A stretch of 64,000 bases of DNA from Octopus sinensis (taxonomy: Eukaryota), in contig NC_042999.1 in assembly GCF_006345805.1 (NCBI RefSeq), positions 155,558,001 to 155,622,000 on the forward strand, written 5' to 3'. Shown one piece after another: positions 63,525 through 64,000 of the stretch. The translations under genes were made by a program, and so were the position numbers. The notes under the pieces were generated by a model. It was not told the origin of the DNA, searched no databases, and was given only the letters and a program-made list of their open reading frames with translations. Position 1 is the stretch's first letter. The number at the start of each line of letters is the position of its first letter.

Positions 63525-63743
63525 CGGAGCGGCAGATGTAACACCCTTTTTGCATTAAATAGCTTTTATAGCATATAAATGTTTATTAAGTAATTCTTTT
63601 ATTGAACACAAATTTATTGCATTACTTAAAGAAACGAATAATAAACTAATGGAAAAAATTGCAGAAGTTTTAGGAAATAACAAAGATATTCAATTCGGAA
63701 CTAGAAAACTCGAATACAAAATTGCGTTACTTCTGCCGCACTG
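63525..63743. mobile_element. Tc1/mariner-type MITE
   Basis: CGGAGCGGCAGATGTAAC and GTTACTTCTGCCGCACTG inverted ends. Confidence 0.6.
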
Positions 63744-63787
63744 GGTTGGTCTCAAAAGGGTTAAGAATTGTTTATTATATATTTTAA

Positions 63788-63987
63788 CCCTTTTGTTAGC
63801 ATATTTCTGTTGAGATGCTCTGTGTTTCTTTCAATTAATTTTAAATATATCTTGAGAATTTAGTAAAATCACTTAGGTATCATTAAGCTAGTGTTAGGAA
63901 CATAGATTGTGACTAAGGTTAGGTGGAAGATTTTAATCCAGAAAACAAGAGCCAGAGGTGGTTTCAGGCGGGTTGGTAACGAAAAGG
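63788..63987. mobile_element. piggyBac-like MITE (partial relatives near 8078, 26900, 50330 and 58450)
   Basis: TTAA|CCCTTTTGTTA..TAACGAAAAGG|TTAA. Confidence 0.7.
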
Positions 63988-64000
63988 TTAAGATTGACCT

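Overview
AT-rich, very repeat-dense animal genomic DNA. The SINE, LINE and microsatellite landscape looks like an octopod cephalopod (Octopus-like); this is recognition from memory, not a database result. There are no prokaryotic features and no CRISPR array, and nearly all listed ORFs are microsatellite or transposon debris. Retroelements: a 5'-truncated RTE LINE with many short copies of its 3' end, two other RTE fragments, CR1, Tx1/L1, three restriction-like-endonuclease (RLE) elements (CRE-like, Dong/R4-like in a TAA repeat, HERO/NeSL-like), several tRNA-derived SINE families and a possible solo LTR. DNA elements: decayed mariners, several MITEs and three non-autonomous Helitrons. A dispersed 5S rRNA copy is joined to the RTE 3' tail. 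No host gene could be assembled with confidence. Candidate host pieces are a minus-strand terminal exon (8.3-8.5 kb), an 18-nt micro-exon (27.95 kb), a CpG-rich promoter-like zone (48.3-50 kb) and a possible two-exon 40-aa membrane micropeptide (49.4 and 55.2 kb). The most notable observation is a tRNA-headed SINE carrying a Penelope-type minimal hammerhead ribozyme (10.4 kb and 19.2-19.6 kb). Many repeat boundaries are approximate.
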